This document shows positions 1 through 11,590 of a DNA stretch of 32,964 bases, piece after piece. The DNA lies in NCBI GenBank assembly GCA_001642005.1, contig LWCA01000305.1:1-32964 (forward strand). The letters run 5' to 3'. Each line of letters opens with the position of its first letter. Position 1 is the first letter of the stretch. Source of the DNA: Intoshia linei. Its lineage: Eukaryota; Animalia; Orthonectida. The notes below the pieces were generated by a model. It ran no database searches, was not told the origin of the DNA, and saw only the letters and a list, made by a program, of their open reading frames with translations. The position numbers and the translations under genes were made by a program.

Positions 1-774
1 ACCAATATAAAAAAATGATATGTTTCCTAGTTGCGAAATTGAATTTCAGTTTTGTGAAATCAGATTTCAGTTTAGTGAAATTGGATATTAAATGGTATAG
101 AGCGATACATCTTAAAGAGACATAATCATCGATTTTTATAATTTATTATATTGATTTTTTCACGAAATTTTTGTGGGTTTATTTAGGTGAAATTTTTATT
201 TTACCAAATTTTTAAAGATTTACAAGATCATTTTGTGTCCAAAATTTTTTACAATTTTTTAGGGAACATTTTTTTTCTTAATTTCCACTCCATTTTTAAA
301 GATTTTGAAGATCCCATAAAATGTTAAAAATATTCCCTTAAATTTCCTACAAAATTTTAGTTCTAAAATTATCTTCAAAATACTAAAAAATGTTCACTTA
401 AAAACCCTACCAAATCTTGGACCAAAATTATCTTCCAACTTGTAAAAATTGGGTGAAAAAACTTCCCTTAAAAGCCCTAACAAATTTCTTTACAAATTTT
501 TCTTCAAAATGTTTATAATTTGGAAGAAAAAAGGGATAATATTGATATCATTAATGCTTGTAATTTCTTGCTGAGTAACATCAAAAATTAACTTTAGCGC
601 CTTACTCATAATAAGCTTTTTTGAGTGTTCACTGTTATAATTATATTTTTTTACATTTAATTTATTTATTTAGGCGAAAACTCCACAATAAAATATAAAA
701 TAAAAAATCCACAATCAGATAAATATTTTAAAATTATCAACATTATGATAAATTTCAATTTTAAAATCTTACTC

Positions 775-1029
775 CTTCACGACCAAAACCACAAATTACC
801 CTTTTTTGTAAAAATGAAAAAGAAAGTCCTAGAATTGTATACAATTTTGGGAATAGGTTTTAAAATCATAAACATTATCATAAATTGCAAACCCAAAAAG
901 TGCACTTTCACGATTAAAACCACATATGGCCTTTTTATAAAAAATGAAAATAGTCCTAGAATTTTAAACAAAATACAGTTATACCCAGTTAATTGTTTTA
1001 CTGTACTACGTACATAACAGTCAACCTAG
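775..1029 (+). repeat. Helitron family fragment with 3' end
   Basis: The internal block matches about 18630-18860, and it ends tgtactacgtacataacagtcaacCTAG|T. Confidence 0.7.
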
Positions 1030-1061
1030 TTTATTTTTTATTTATCAATTTTTATTTTTAG

Positions 1062-2619
1062 GGTATCGGATCAAAATTATTAAGAAAGATGGGATACATT
1101 GAAGGACATGGATTAGGGAAAAATTCTCAAGGTCGCCTCGAACCGGTGATCTTGAAAAGAGGTTTTTTCAAATATAATTAGAAATTACAGGGAAAGAATT
1201 GTTAATATCAAACTGGTCCAATCAAATTAAATTTGAAATTGGGTGGGCCGTACATTACATTCTTTCCAAAAAGTTAAATATGTGTTTCCAATAACGTATT
1301 TAAGGACGTTTTGGGTTATCTTGGCTGGTGTCTCAGATTAGCATAATATACATTTATGATGAATATGTCGTTATGAAAATTAATCCCTTTTGATTTATAG
1401 ATTTCTTAACGTTGATAAAATATTTCCTTTCATTTGCATTTTTCATATTTATATAAATAATATCTTATAGATTTAAAATCCTGCAAAACAACCATTTCTG
1501 AAATTTCACGAAAAAAGCCTGCATCAACCTGTATTTCAAATAGTGGATATTTTAAATTTATAAATAATAATCTCAATGAAAGAAAAATTGGCGTTCAATG
1601 TAATTTTTCTAAATATAAAATTTGGTTTTTTATATAAATTTAGCTTTAAACCCAAAAAAATACTTAGACTGTTATATAACTAAAATTAAATCTAAATCTG
1701 ACATAGAGTTAAATGTTGAGGTTTAATATCTAATTTTATTTTATATATGGATAATTTTAGCTGATTGAAAAGAAAAAAAAATTGGGTCAATTGAAAAACA
1801 ATATGAAATCAAATGATGTTAGATTTACCACCCAAAAAATAATTACAGAGTAATTCATTTGTATCTATTTCTGTGTAATGCATGCATTGGAACCAGCCAA
1901 ATAGGCATATGTTCTAATTTACATGGATCATCCTGTTCTATAGTATTTTTAAGTTAGATTTTCAAAGTGAATTTATTTGTTTGGTAGAATAAAAATGTGC
2001 CCTCGACAGAGCTAGGTGCTGTTTGTACGTAGTACATAACAGTCAACCTAGTATTATATAAATGTATTTATTTATCACCCATATAATTATCGCAATGTTC
2101 AGATATTTGTTAATTGGTTAATATAATTGATTATAACAAAATACTGAAATGGAATAATTATTTTTATAATTTACCTATCTATTCCAGTAAACGTTATCAA
2201 ATAAAATAGACGATTAAACACTTCCAGTGTTAAATTTCCAATTTGATCTGGTAAATTGTTGTATAGTATATTAACGTCATTTTTTAACTATTTTAACTAA
2301 TTTTTTATAAATATTGGGACGACATATTTACTAAAAAAAGGTTGTAACATCTGATATATTCACTATTTTCATAATACTTTTTATTTTATCATATCGGGGA
2401 CTACTACAATAGCTTATTAACTTATTAATTTCAAAGTTGAATTCAATTTTGAGTTGAAACATAATTTGCATTTAATCTATCCTTTTTAGAAATATGAAAG
2501 AAAAGCGAAAAGAGAAAGGTGAATCGCTAACAAAGGATCATGAACTACTTGTCGATATGGTGAACCACCTTAAAAAAGAAATACGTCGACGAAAAACTGT
2601 AAAAAAGTTGTCTTTCTAG
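1062..2619 (+). CDS. ZGPAT: G-patch domain protein, ZGPAT-like; 3' portion only (5' exons upstream of the window)
   Basis: Phase-consistent exons 1062-1161, 1471-1599, 1644-1720, 1761-1849, 2490-2619. G-patch [29 protein letters not shown], then [10 protein letters not shown] (cf. ZGPAT VFDFLN), a coiled-coil-like region and C-terminal [11 protein letters not shown] (cf. ZGPAT HKKMTEF*). The first donor site is uncertain. Confidence 0.75.
1945..2051 (+). repeat. Helitron 3' terminus fragment inside a ZGPAT intron
   Basis: The same ~110-bp end as the other copies, ending in a hairpin plus CTAG|T. Confidence 0.8.
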
Positions 2620-2878
2620 AAATTTGTATATAAATAAAAAATAAATTTCATGTTTTAATTTAAAGTAACTATATGATGGTGATCGCAGATTCACTATTTG
2701 CAGACTTTTTTCTAGGTGTTTACCTTGAGTAAATAATGCAAATGTATCAACATTTTCAATATAAAGTATTGCTGCTGTAAAACAAAACGTATTATAAACA
2801 TTTTGGGAGGATAACATTGTAATAAATAGTAAATTTATTAAAGTTTGAATATAAAAATGACAAATTAAACTTTAGATA

Positions 2879-3590
2879 ATGAGTACTCCAATGGGAAATA
2901 ATTCAATTAAAGTTGTCTGCGTTGGAGATGGTGCAGTGGGAAAAACGTGTTTATTAATAGCTTATAAAGATCAAAAGTTTAATGTGGGTTATACACCTAC
3001 CGTAATTTGTACAAATAATGGAGTTAATTGAAATTAGGTATTCGATAATTACGCATGCAATGTCACAATCGGATATGAAGAATACTTGTGCGCATTATTT
3101 GACACTGCAGGCCAAGAAGATTATGACCGTATTAGACCTTTATGTTATCCTGAAACGGATGTATTCCTCTTATGTTTTTGTGTCATTGCGGAATCAACTT
3201 TATACAATCTTGTTCATAAGGTTAGTCGACTATATCATATTAATTAGTATTTTTATTATTTGGAATTTTATACAAACGTAGTGGAAACCGGAAGTAGAAC
3301 ATCATTGTCCTACTGCTGCAAAGTTGATTTGTGGCACTAAAACAGATTGTCGTATGCCTCACATGAAACGACTTGATGAAAATGAAATACGTTCGAAAAA
3401 ATACAAAGTTACCGATGAAAAATACCTTGAATGTTCAGCTAAATTATTGGTTCATTATTTCATCTTTTTATTGATTGTTTTTTAGGAAAACGTGAATGTT
3501 GTATTTAATACTGCTTACTCCCTTGCACTTAATAAGCGAATCGAAAATCAACAAAACAGTAAAAACAAAGGGAAATGTACTCTATTATAA
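2879..3590 (+). CDS. Rho-family small GTPase, divergent Cdc42-like, about 192 aa
   Basis: Exons 2879-3001, 3038-3220, 3282-3449, 3486-3590 (GT-AG introns of 36, 61 and 36 nt). Motifs: [45 protein letters not shown] and CAAX CTLL*. Confidence 0.93.
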
Positions 3591-4557
3591 TATAATTATA
3601 CCTAGTATAATTTTAATGCTGTGGATAAATAAATTTATTTCATATACAATTTAGTGATAGTCATTTATTTTGAGTAGTAAACCCTTAAATCAGAATTCAG
3701 GTTAAATAAAATAATTTTGGTAGTAAAAACGTTTTTGTTTATATTTGAGGTTGAAATTTTTTATGCAAATAAATACTTATATATAATTTTTTAACGGTTT
3801 TGGGTATACAATGCAATAAAATTATTTTAATTGTATCTAAAATGTATAATGTTTGTTAATACTATATTAAATACATATAGATAATAATTAATAACATTGT
3901 CATTTTTTCACTAAAAAATTGCCACATTCATGGCCAAAACATCAAAGTACCTTCTTTTAAAAATAAAATAGTCTTCGATTTTTAAAAAAACAATTCTAGG
4001 GCAGTTTTTAAATTCATGAGCATTATCAAAAATTTGAATTTCCACGATAAATGATAGAATGTGCACCATTTACCAAAATCTTTAAAAATTTACATTTTTT
4101 TCACTTGGTACAAACAGCACCTAGCTTTGCCGAGGGGTAATTTGTTAAGTGCTACCAAAAAAATAATTTCAATAACACTGTCCAGTAAATTAAAATTAAT
4201 AATATTTTTTTGCCTTCCTGAAAGTTTTTATTACGAATGTTAGAATAATGTCAAATGAAACCATTATGTCAATTTGAAAAAACCCTAGTTTTTAATTATT
4301 AATGTAAATTGGATTTTTGTGATAATATATACCTCAAATATCATTAAAATAAATTATTTTATGCATTTTTTGTTTAATAAACTTTATCAATAGATAATAG
4401 TTTGGAGTATACATACATATATAACGTATACTTACATATATAATATGCTTTGCCATATTTGTTATTATCATTTTTATATTTATTTCAATCCTTTGCAATA
4501 TTGGTAAAATTCACCTGAAATGTTTATAAAGTGCTGATTTCGTTAATTATTGATACA

Positions 4558-5020
4558 CAGTGTGTCAATTTATTAGGCAGATAACTAAAATTGATGTAAT
4601 AAACTCTAGGAATAATGAAAATTTAATTTTTTTTTGTAATTAGGTGGCTTTTAATTGATGTTAATATTATTCATTAAAAAAACTAAATTTAATGTGTAAA
4701 AAAATTTTTTTATTCACATATTATCGTTTATTTACTTAAATTAGTGTGTCAATTTGTTAGACAGATCTAACAAATATTGATAAATAAAAAGGAATATAAC
4801 ATCGAAAATTATTGAATCATCGAAACTATAGTTTAATATAGTTACCATTAACCTGTAACAATTTAATCAATCTTTCATCAACAGAATCTATCAACTTTTT
4901 GCCGCGTTCTGGTTGAATTGTACTAGACACCTGCTTTATCGCATTCTACAGTAATTCAATGGAATTATATTGGGTTCTAGCAGCATATAGCTTTCTCAAT
5001 GGTAGACTTATATGTATAGT
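4558..5020 (-). mobile_element. Tc1/mariner-like transposon remnant (transposase C-terminus plus terminal repeat)
   Basis: The minus strand at about 4840-5020 reads RKLYAARTQYNSIELL*NAIKQVSSTIQPERGKKLIDSVDERLIKLLQVNGNY, resembling a Tc1 C-terminus with an internal stop. The motif cagtgtgtcaatttattaggcagat at 4558 recurs at about 4742 (IR/DR-like). Confidence 0.6.
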
Positions 5021-5234
5021 TAATAGGTTATAAAAATATTTTTTATAACAATTTTTTACACATATTTATTATTTTACAGTTGTTTCATATATTTTTCATG
5101 ATTTATTTATTCATGATTACAATTTTTGCACTTATTCCATTTTGATTGTTTCATATTTCATTTTATATATTAAAATTATTATAAATTAATTAAATCTGTT
5201 AGTTATAACATAATTTTTTGATTAATGATTTTTT

Positions 5235-5300
5235 GTGTGACCCGCGTAATAATTTTTTTTCACATTTGGCCCGCCAAGCAAATTGAGTCTGACACCCCTG
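5235..5300. mobile_element. hAT (Charlie/Buster-type) terminal inverted repeat
   Basis: tttggcccgccaagcaaattgagtctgacacccctg is the reverse complement of CAGGGGTGTCAGACTCAATTT...GCGGGCC, a typical Charlie-like end. Confidence 0.6.
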
Positions 5301-5714
5301 TTATTGATACATAATTGGTATTGAATATATATTATCACTAGGGCGATGATTTTTTAACTAGGGCAAATTTTGATATGTTCATACGCATCAAATTACAATC
5401 ACAATGATAATAATTTTACGTGTATTAATTGGCTAATTAAAATTTGATTAAGTTAATAAAGTTAAAATAATATTTTCAAAAGTTAAATTATATTTTCAAA
5501 CATTAATTTTGTTTTATACAATTTCGTTTTTTGTACTTTTATTTTATGCATGAATGTAGTAAATAAACTTATTATTAATCTTTATATCACTCACTAAATT
5601 TTAGTGATTTTATATATTTTAGTCTAAAAGCAGTTTTTATTTATTCTTAACTTATTTCTATTCACAATACAAATAATTTAGCAATACTTTTATATGATTG
5701 ATGTTTTTTTAACC

Positions 5715-6240
5715 ATGCCAAAATATGCGAAATCTAAATATGAAAAAATTTACAATATTAACAAACTTTACCCTAGTGAACTTACTAAGAATGACGACAA
5801 TTTATTTTGTATGAAATGTTGTTGCAATGTTACTTTTTACAAAGTTAAATTTTGTTTAATTACACCGTAAATTAGCAAAACAAGAGTTTTATGCATATTG
5901 TCAGTATTGGAAGTTTAATTAAAACATCGAATGACTTTGCAACAGAAATGGCGGAAGCAATTCTATCTGCGCACATACCTCTAAAAAGTTAAATAACGTC
6001 GAGTTAAGAACAATATTTAAAAAAAAAGAAATAATTTTGCCATCTGAAAGCAATTGCAGAAATAAAATTGATGATTTGTATTTGAATGAAATGGAGAGAA
6101 TAAAAAATTATTGTATTAATAAATTAATTTTTATCATTATGGACGAAACTGATTTAAATGGATATAAGTACATTAATATCATGATCGGAACATTAGAAAC
6201 ACCTCAGAATGTAAATTAATAAAACCGATGTTCCATTCAA
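5715..6240 (+). pseudogene. Decayed hAT-derived (CGGBP1-like) transposase N-terminal region
   Basis: Frameshifted pieces: MPKYAKSK...LFCMKCCCNV (zinc-finger-like), NDFATEMAEAILSAHIPLK and LPSESNCR...IFIIMDETDLNGYKYINIMIGTL (first catalytic Asp, DETxD-like motif). Confidence 0.6.
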
Positions 6241-7177
6241 TATTATACTTAATATTATTTATACAGTTTCAAGGGCTTTAATTTATTTAAAATATTGCAA
6301 CATCGTTCACAGATGTATTTGTTCCAGAAATATAATGATTTCGAGTACAGGTAGAGTTTGTTTAACAAATTTTAAAAGAGCGATATCTATGTGTGATAGT
6401 CATGGAGTGAAACAGGAAAAAATCTATAATTTTCCTAATATATAATGTAATGTAAAAATATTACAATTAATATGAACGGACAAATGGTCATTCATACTCT
6501 TGATGATACAATTAAAAATAATTAAACAAAACAAAACAAAGAGACTTTAAAAGATAATATTAAAAAATATTTGATTTTGTACTACAACAAATAATACACT
6601 TTTTATACATCTTTATTAAGACTTAAATTAGTGCGATCATAAGTACGAATTTATATAAAAAGTACAAAATGAAAATAACATGATTTCGTACTAATTAAAA
6701 CGTGACAAATAATAACATTCTTCAGTGAAAATTTCACTGAATTATATCAAATAAAATTTTATATGAAGATGAAATTTTTTATATTTTGAATTGACAATGC
6801 CAAAAAATCGATATAATTTTAATGAAAACTTTAAATATTATCAACAATTATTTATTAATAATATGATAGATTCTATCATTAATTATATAATTTTCATCTT
6901 AACTTTTCATCCAATGTTCTTTATAAATTTATCATCATTTATTGAAATGCTATTATAGTTACTAATAACAAAAAATAGTACGAATTAAATATGGTCGTAC
7001 TACTTAAATTAGGGATCGGAAACCTTTTGCATCTAGTGGACCAATTTTTTATTTTTTACAGGTGTATTAGAAATAGTGGATACGACTAACGGGGTACTAA
7101 ATTTAAAAAAGGTTATGAAACCCTGAATTATATATTTACCGACATAAGACAACGTTGCTTCTTTTACAACAGAACTA

Positions 7178-7584
7178 TCTACTATAATGGCAATACAATT
7201 ATGTTTTAAAATTTATATAACGGTGCTAAAGCCGATAAGCCACAGAAATATTATTATTAGGGCGAATAAGAGATTTCATCACTGTTCAAAAAAAAATTTA
7301 ACGAAAAAAACAACACTGCGTGAATTTTTTTTTCAAAAGTTAATAAAGTTAAATAAATTTGATTTGTATAATAAATTTAAGTTTAAAGTAAAGTACAAAG
7401 TAATGTAATATGACGGTTCCACCTGAAACAAGTTTGGGAATCACTCCTTTAAAGAATTGATAATAATGAATAGTAGTATTTTTAAGTTAGATTTTCAATG
7501 TGAATTTATTTTTTTGGTAGAATAAAAATGTGCCCTCGGCTGAGCTAGGTGCTGTTTGTACATAGTACATAACACTCAACCCAG
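7178..7584 (+). mobile_element. Short non-autonomous Helitron-like element sharing the family 3' end
   Basis: Candidate A|TC start at 7178. The last ~200 bp match the repeat at 16993-17190 and 21840-22040, ending in a hairpin plus CCAG|T. Confidence 0.55.
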
Positions 7585-7695
7585 TAGAAATATAATATGC
7601 AAATATGAAAAATTCAAGATGAAACACATAAATTATAGTCTCGAAACAATTTAAAAAAACATTCCAAAATAATAGTTTAATAGTACAGTATTTTT

Positions 7696-8944
7696 TTAGT
7701 CACGCTTAATTGACATATTTTCCATGGCTTCAAATGTAGTAGTTTGTTGTATCAAAGGGAAGCTTGATTTAAAAGGTAAAAATCTAATAGTAAATAAATT
7801 AACAACAACGTAAAAATAAACGAATATAGCCAAATATTGAGATACCAACGTTTTGGTATAACCACATCGTCCATCTCCAGTTCTATTCCATTTAGCATTT
7901 GCTTTGCCACATATTCTTTTTTCAAAACGGGAAATACATTTTGAAATCCATTGCTACCATACAATAAACAAAAATAAGATAATTATAATTCAATTTCAAT
8001 TACGCTAATTTGTAACCGGGAAATAGATTTGTGTCAATTGCAAATGGGTAAACAACGGTGATTTTAATTCCATACATATTTTTACGTTCATTTTCGCATC
8101 TCAAACATTCCAACATACCGCGCATTGCAAATTTAGTAGCCTAATGATGAGTATAGTATACTTTAAAAATACATACACAATAATCAGATTCGTGTATAGT
8201 CGGTAAAAACCCAGCTACACTACACGTAGCTACAATATGACCAGCATTTCGAGTGTACATTTCAGGGAGAAATGTCTTTATAATCTATAACATTTGTAAT
8301 AATTTTTTTTAATAACATACCCTGTATTGTGACAGTATATTGACCTGGTAGAGCTTTTCAATTTTTTGAATGGAGCAATCTACCATATTCTCATGATTGC
8401 ACATGGCGGCGTTGAGTACCAGAATATCTATATTGTAAAATTGTGCCTTTATCTAAATTGAAATAAAAATAGTCTATTCATTTTTATGCCAATTTCATGG
8501 TATCACAAGTTTCTTTAGAATTTGAAAGGTCGCATTTGAATGTATATATTTTACAATTACTTTCCACGTCAGATTCAATTTGAATCTTTAAATTATTTAA
8601 ATTTTCCTTGTCAATATCCATCAAAATCAGACTGGAATTTAATTTTTTCAACAAAAAAACCAATTCCTTTCCAATTCCATTTGCTAATTTAAATTATTAA
8701 ATAATTAATTGAATTAATTACCGGCTCCAGTTATCAAAATAATTTTGTTTTGTAAACTTTTCTTGGGACAAGTAAAAGGAAAATACATTTTTCTGATAGT
8801 TTGAGCAACATTAATAAATGCTAAAAGTAAATGGAGCACAAGTCTAATGAGCTCATATTTATATAATAGCAAATTTGTAGTGATGGCTTTCAAATTCAAC
8901 AAAAAAATGACGGAATATTCCAAAATTAATTTCCAAATGTTCAT
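7696..8944 (-). CDS. Short-chain dehydrogenase/reductase, SDR16C (retinol dehydrogenase/HSD17B11)-like
   Basis: Exons 8944-8722, 8683-8490, 8452-8321, 8284-8177, 8140-8004, 7953-7822, 7783-7696. Hydrophobic N-terminus, TGAANGIG, CDLS, DILVLNAA, catalytic Ser (CSVAG), YCATK and VVYPFAIDTNLF. Confidence 0.9.
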
Positions 8945-9004
8945 TTGTGAAATGTAAAGAAATGAGAAAATGTGAAAATCAACAATATAAGTTTATTAAA
9001 ACAG

Positions 9005-9583
9005 CTAAATATATTTATAAATTACGTCAGTAGGATCGCAAGAACTTAAATACATTTTAACATGGCGGTGGAAATAGGAACTGAGTAATTCTTCTGTGTA
9101 TCCAAGTAAAAAATAATATTTCGATGGAGGCATCTGCCTTTTTACAAGTCCGCATATAGTTATATGATTCATATCACGACGGATAATTATTTCAGAAGCA
9201 AAACTATTCCGCCATGTTCCTTTTATAAATGTTCTAATAAAAAAGTCTTCGTATGCTGTTTTAGCACAATATTCTCGTTCGTTTTCAAGGGAATCTAAAA
9301 TTAAACATTATTAAAATTTGTAATGTAAAGACCCATTAGTAATAAAGTTAAGGGGAATTTATCAAAAATGAATATACAAATGTATAACGAAATGTCAAAG
9401 GTTACTTGTATTTATGCTATTCCATCCCTTTCTTCGAGCAATGTAATGTGGATAATTGGCCATTTCATATGTGAGTGGTTTGGAACGATTTCTAGTTGAT
9501 TTTGGGATGGCAGCTCTGCGATTATTCAAAACTTGCAACGAAATCGAAAATTTTCGATAATTCAAACGGCACAAACTTGTCAT
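9005..9583 (-). CDS. MRPS24: Mitochondrial ribosomal protein S24 (uS3m)
   Basis: Exons 9583-9406 and 9294-9005. Motifs KPLTYEMANYPHYIARRKGWNS, EDFFIRTFIKGTW, SEIIIRR, YFLLGYTEELLS and VIYKYI*. Confidence 0.92.
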
Positions 9584-10271
9584 TTTAAATTAACTTTATT
9601 GTAGAAAATCTTTTATTTAGAAATGAATTTATTTTGGTTCGATAATCAAATGCATAATTTCGTTAGCGCTGCGTAATGAATGACTTTAGCCAGTTACAGT
9701 TTAAATTTAACACGAAATAGTTATGATGTTCAAAATTATAATTTATTTGAGGAATGAGTAATTTAAAAAAGTCAAATTTTGTAAGATGCATAATTATCTG
9801 TGGAAATTGTATTTATTTATTACGTATTTCTCCACTAATGTATAGTTTTCTACAAAGTTACATAAACTAAAAATTAGAGTTGAACCTTTTTACCCAAATA
9901 ATTAGTTATGGTTTTAATAAAAAATAAATTAGTTTATTTTATTATGGTAAAAACTGCCGAAATATAGCTCCTTAGATGTTCAAATTTCAATTAGAAAATT
10001 TATCATGTTCTTGAAAAAATAAATTTTTTTTTCAATATTTTCGGGCCCCATTTGTGAAACTCCGACATATATCATTTTTAGTAAAACACATAAAAATACA
10101 TTGATGTAAAAAAATTACTCAAAACAAGGGTACTCAACCTTTTTTAGACTAAAGCCCCTAAACAAAAATGATATTGTATCCATGGATAAATAATACAACT
10201 TAACATTGAATAGATAACTTTTCTCGACTTTAAATTACATAGTATTTGAAATTTTTTCATTTACGAATTGA

Positions 10272-10780
10272 TTAATGGGAACCTTGAGCTTCATGATCCG
10301 CAGAAATTTTTTTATATCCGGTTTCAAATTGGTTTGATCCCAGAATCATAGGTATCCTCGATTATCAATGTTTAATCGGTTTCTCTTTTTAGTGAGTATA
10401 TTTACAGCTAAATTGAAATCAGATTCTACAGGGTATGTTGAAGGTAACGCTAAAAATAACGATTCTATTTTGTTTCAAATTTTATATATTAATTTGGCAT
10501 TGAATATCTTTGCCAAATTTTCATGCATCCATATATTTTGAAAAATACAAAAGATGTTTTATTTTTTAATTCGAACAACTCTTCTTGAAATTCACGGCAG
10601 ATTGATTTATATTAGTAACAGATGGATTAATTATTCGGTTTCTATTTCCATTTAAATAATAGCTTAAAAACGAACATTTATGTCATTATCTTATTGGCTC
10701 CATTTATAAATCGTCACGGTTAATATTGTTTATTAATAAAGGATAAAATTCGCTTTTTAGAATATTGTTTCGAAAGAGAT
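10272..10780 (-). pseudogene. Decayed hAT Buster/Charlie transposase C-terminus
   Basis: Minus-strand pieces EFQEELFELKN, LALPSTYPVESDF...TKKRNRLNI and terminal HEAQGSH*, with stops and frameshifts. The 5' boundary is approximate. Confidence 0.7.
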
Positions 10781-11590
10781 CAATTTTAGATATTCAAAAA
10801 ATCAATCCAATAAAAAAATTATTTTTTAATTTATATCGAAATGAATATAATTATAAAACTTTATAATGAACTTTATATTTATAAAATTTAAAAATGTAAA
10901 TAGAATTAAATTTAAAATTTTTACCGCCTGTTGAAGACCCCAGATCTAAAGACTTCCTTTAAAGTTATGTTAAAAAAATTACTACTAAACAGAATTTTTA
11001 AAGTATGACTTAAAAAACAAGCCTAAAACTGTAAGTTGAAGGTCTCTTCAATTTTGTTTTCAAAAAATTAGTCAAATTAATTCATAAAATCGATGATAAG
11101 ATTATTCTTGATCCACGCCAAATTATGATTTGCTCTCAAAGTTAAACACATTCTTAGTAAATACAGATAAAATTAAATAAACTTTTTTAAATTTTTAATT
11201 AGCCAAAACACAACAAATATTTATGAAAAACACTTTTTCATCTAAATGAATATTTTAGTAAAACATAAATAATACTATATAATTTTTTATAATACATGTA
11301 TAAACGTGTAATTTCATAGAACATGAACGTAGTAAATGAAACATTATGCTTATTACACTCCTACACGTAATATACAATGATAAAAAAATTTCTAAAAATA
11401 CTGTATTATAATTTTATTTTTAAAATAAAAATCATTTGTATCTTAAACTACTATAATTATAATCGTAATTAATAATATTATTTTGATGTAATGAAAAATT
11501 TAAAACTTTTAAAATATGAATGTTGAAATGTATACATAACTGTCAGTCATTATTAAAAATTCCAAACATAAAAAAATTTGCAAAGACTGA

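Noticed and set aside
150-530. Degenerate foldback-like region similar to about 20510-20600
   Set aside because: Probably an old transposon remnant, but too AT-rich and degenerate to define ends or a family by eye.
745-1017. ORFs 745..1017 and 777..971, and similarly 4061, 7187, 14284 and 15057
   Set aside because: They lie within Helitron repeat sequence and show no recognisable protein features.
2545-3281. ORFs 2545..2817(-) and 3018..3281(+)
   Set aside because: Antisense or out-of-frame overlaps of the ZGPAT and Rho exons.
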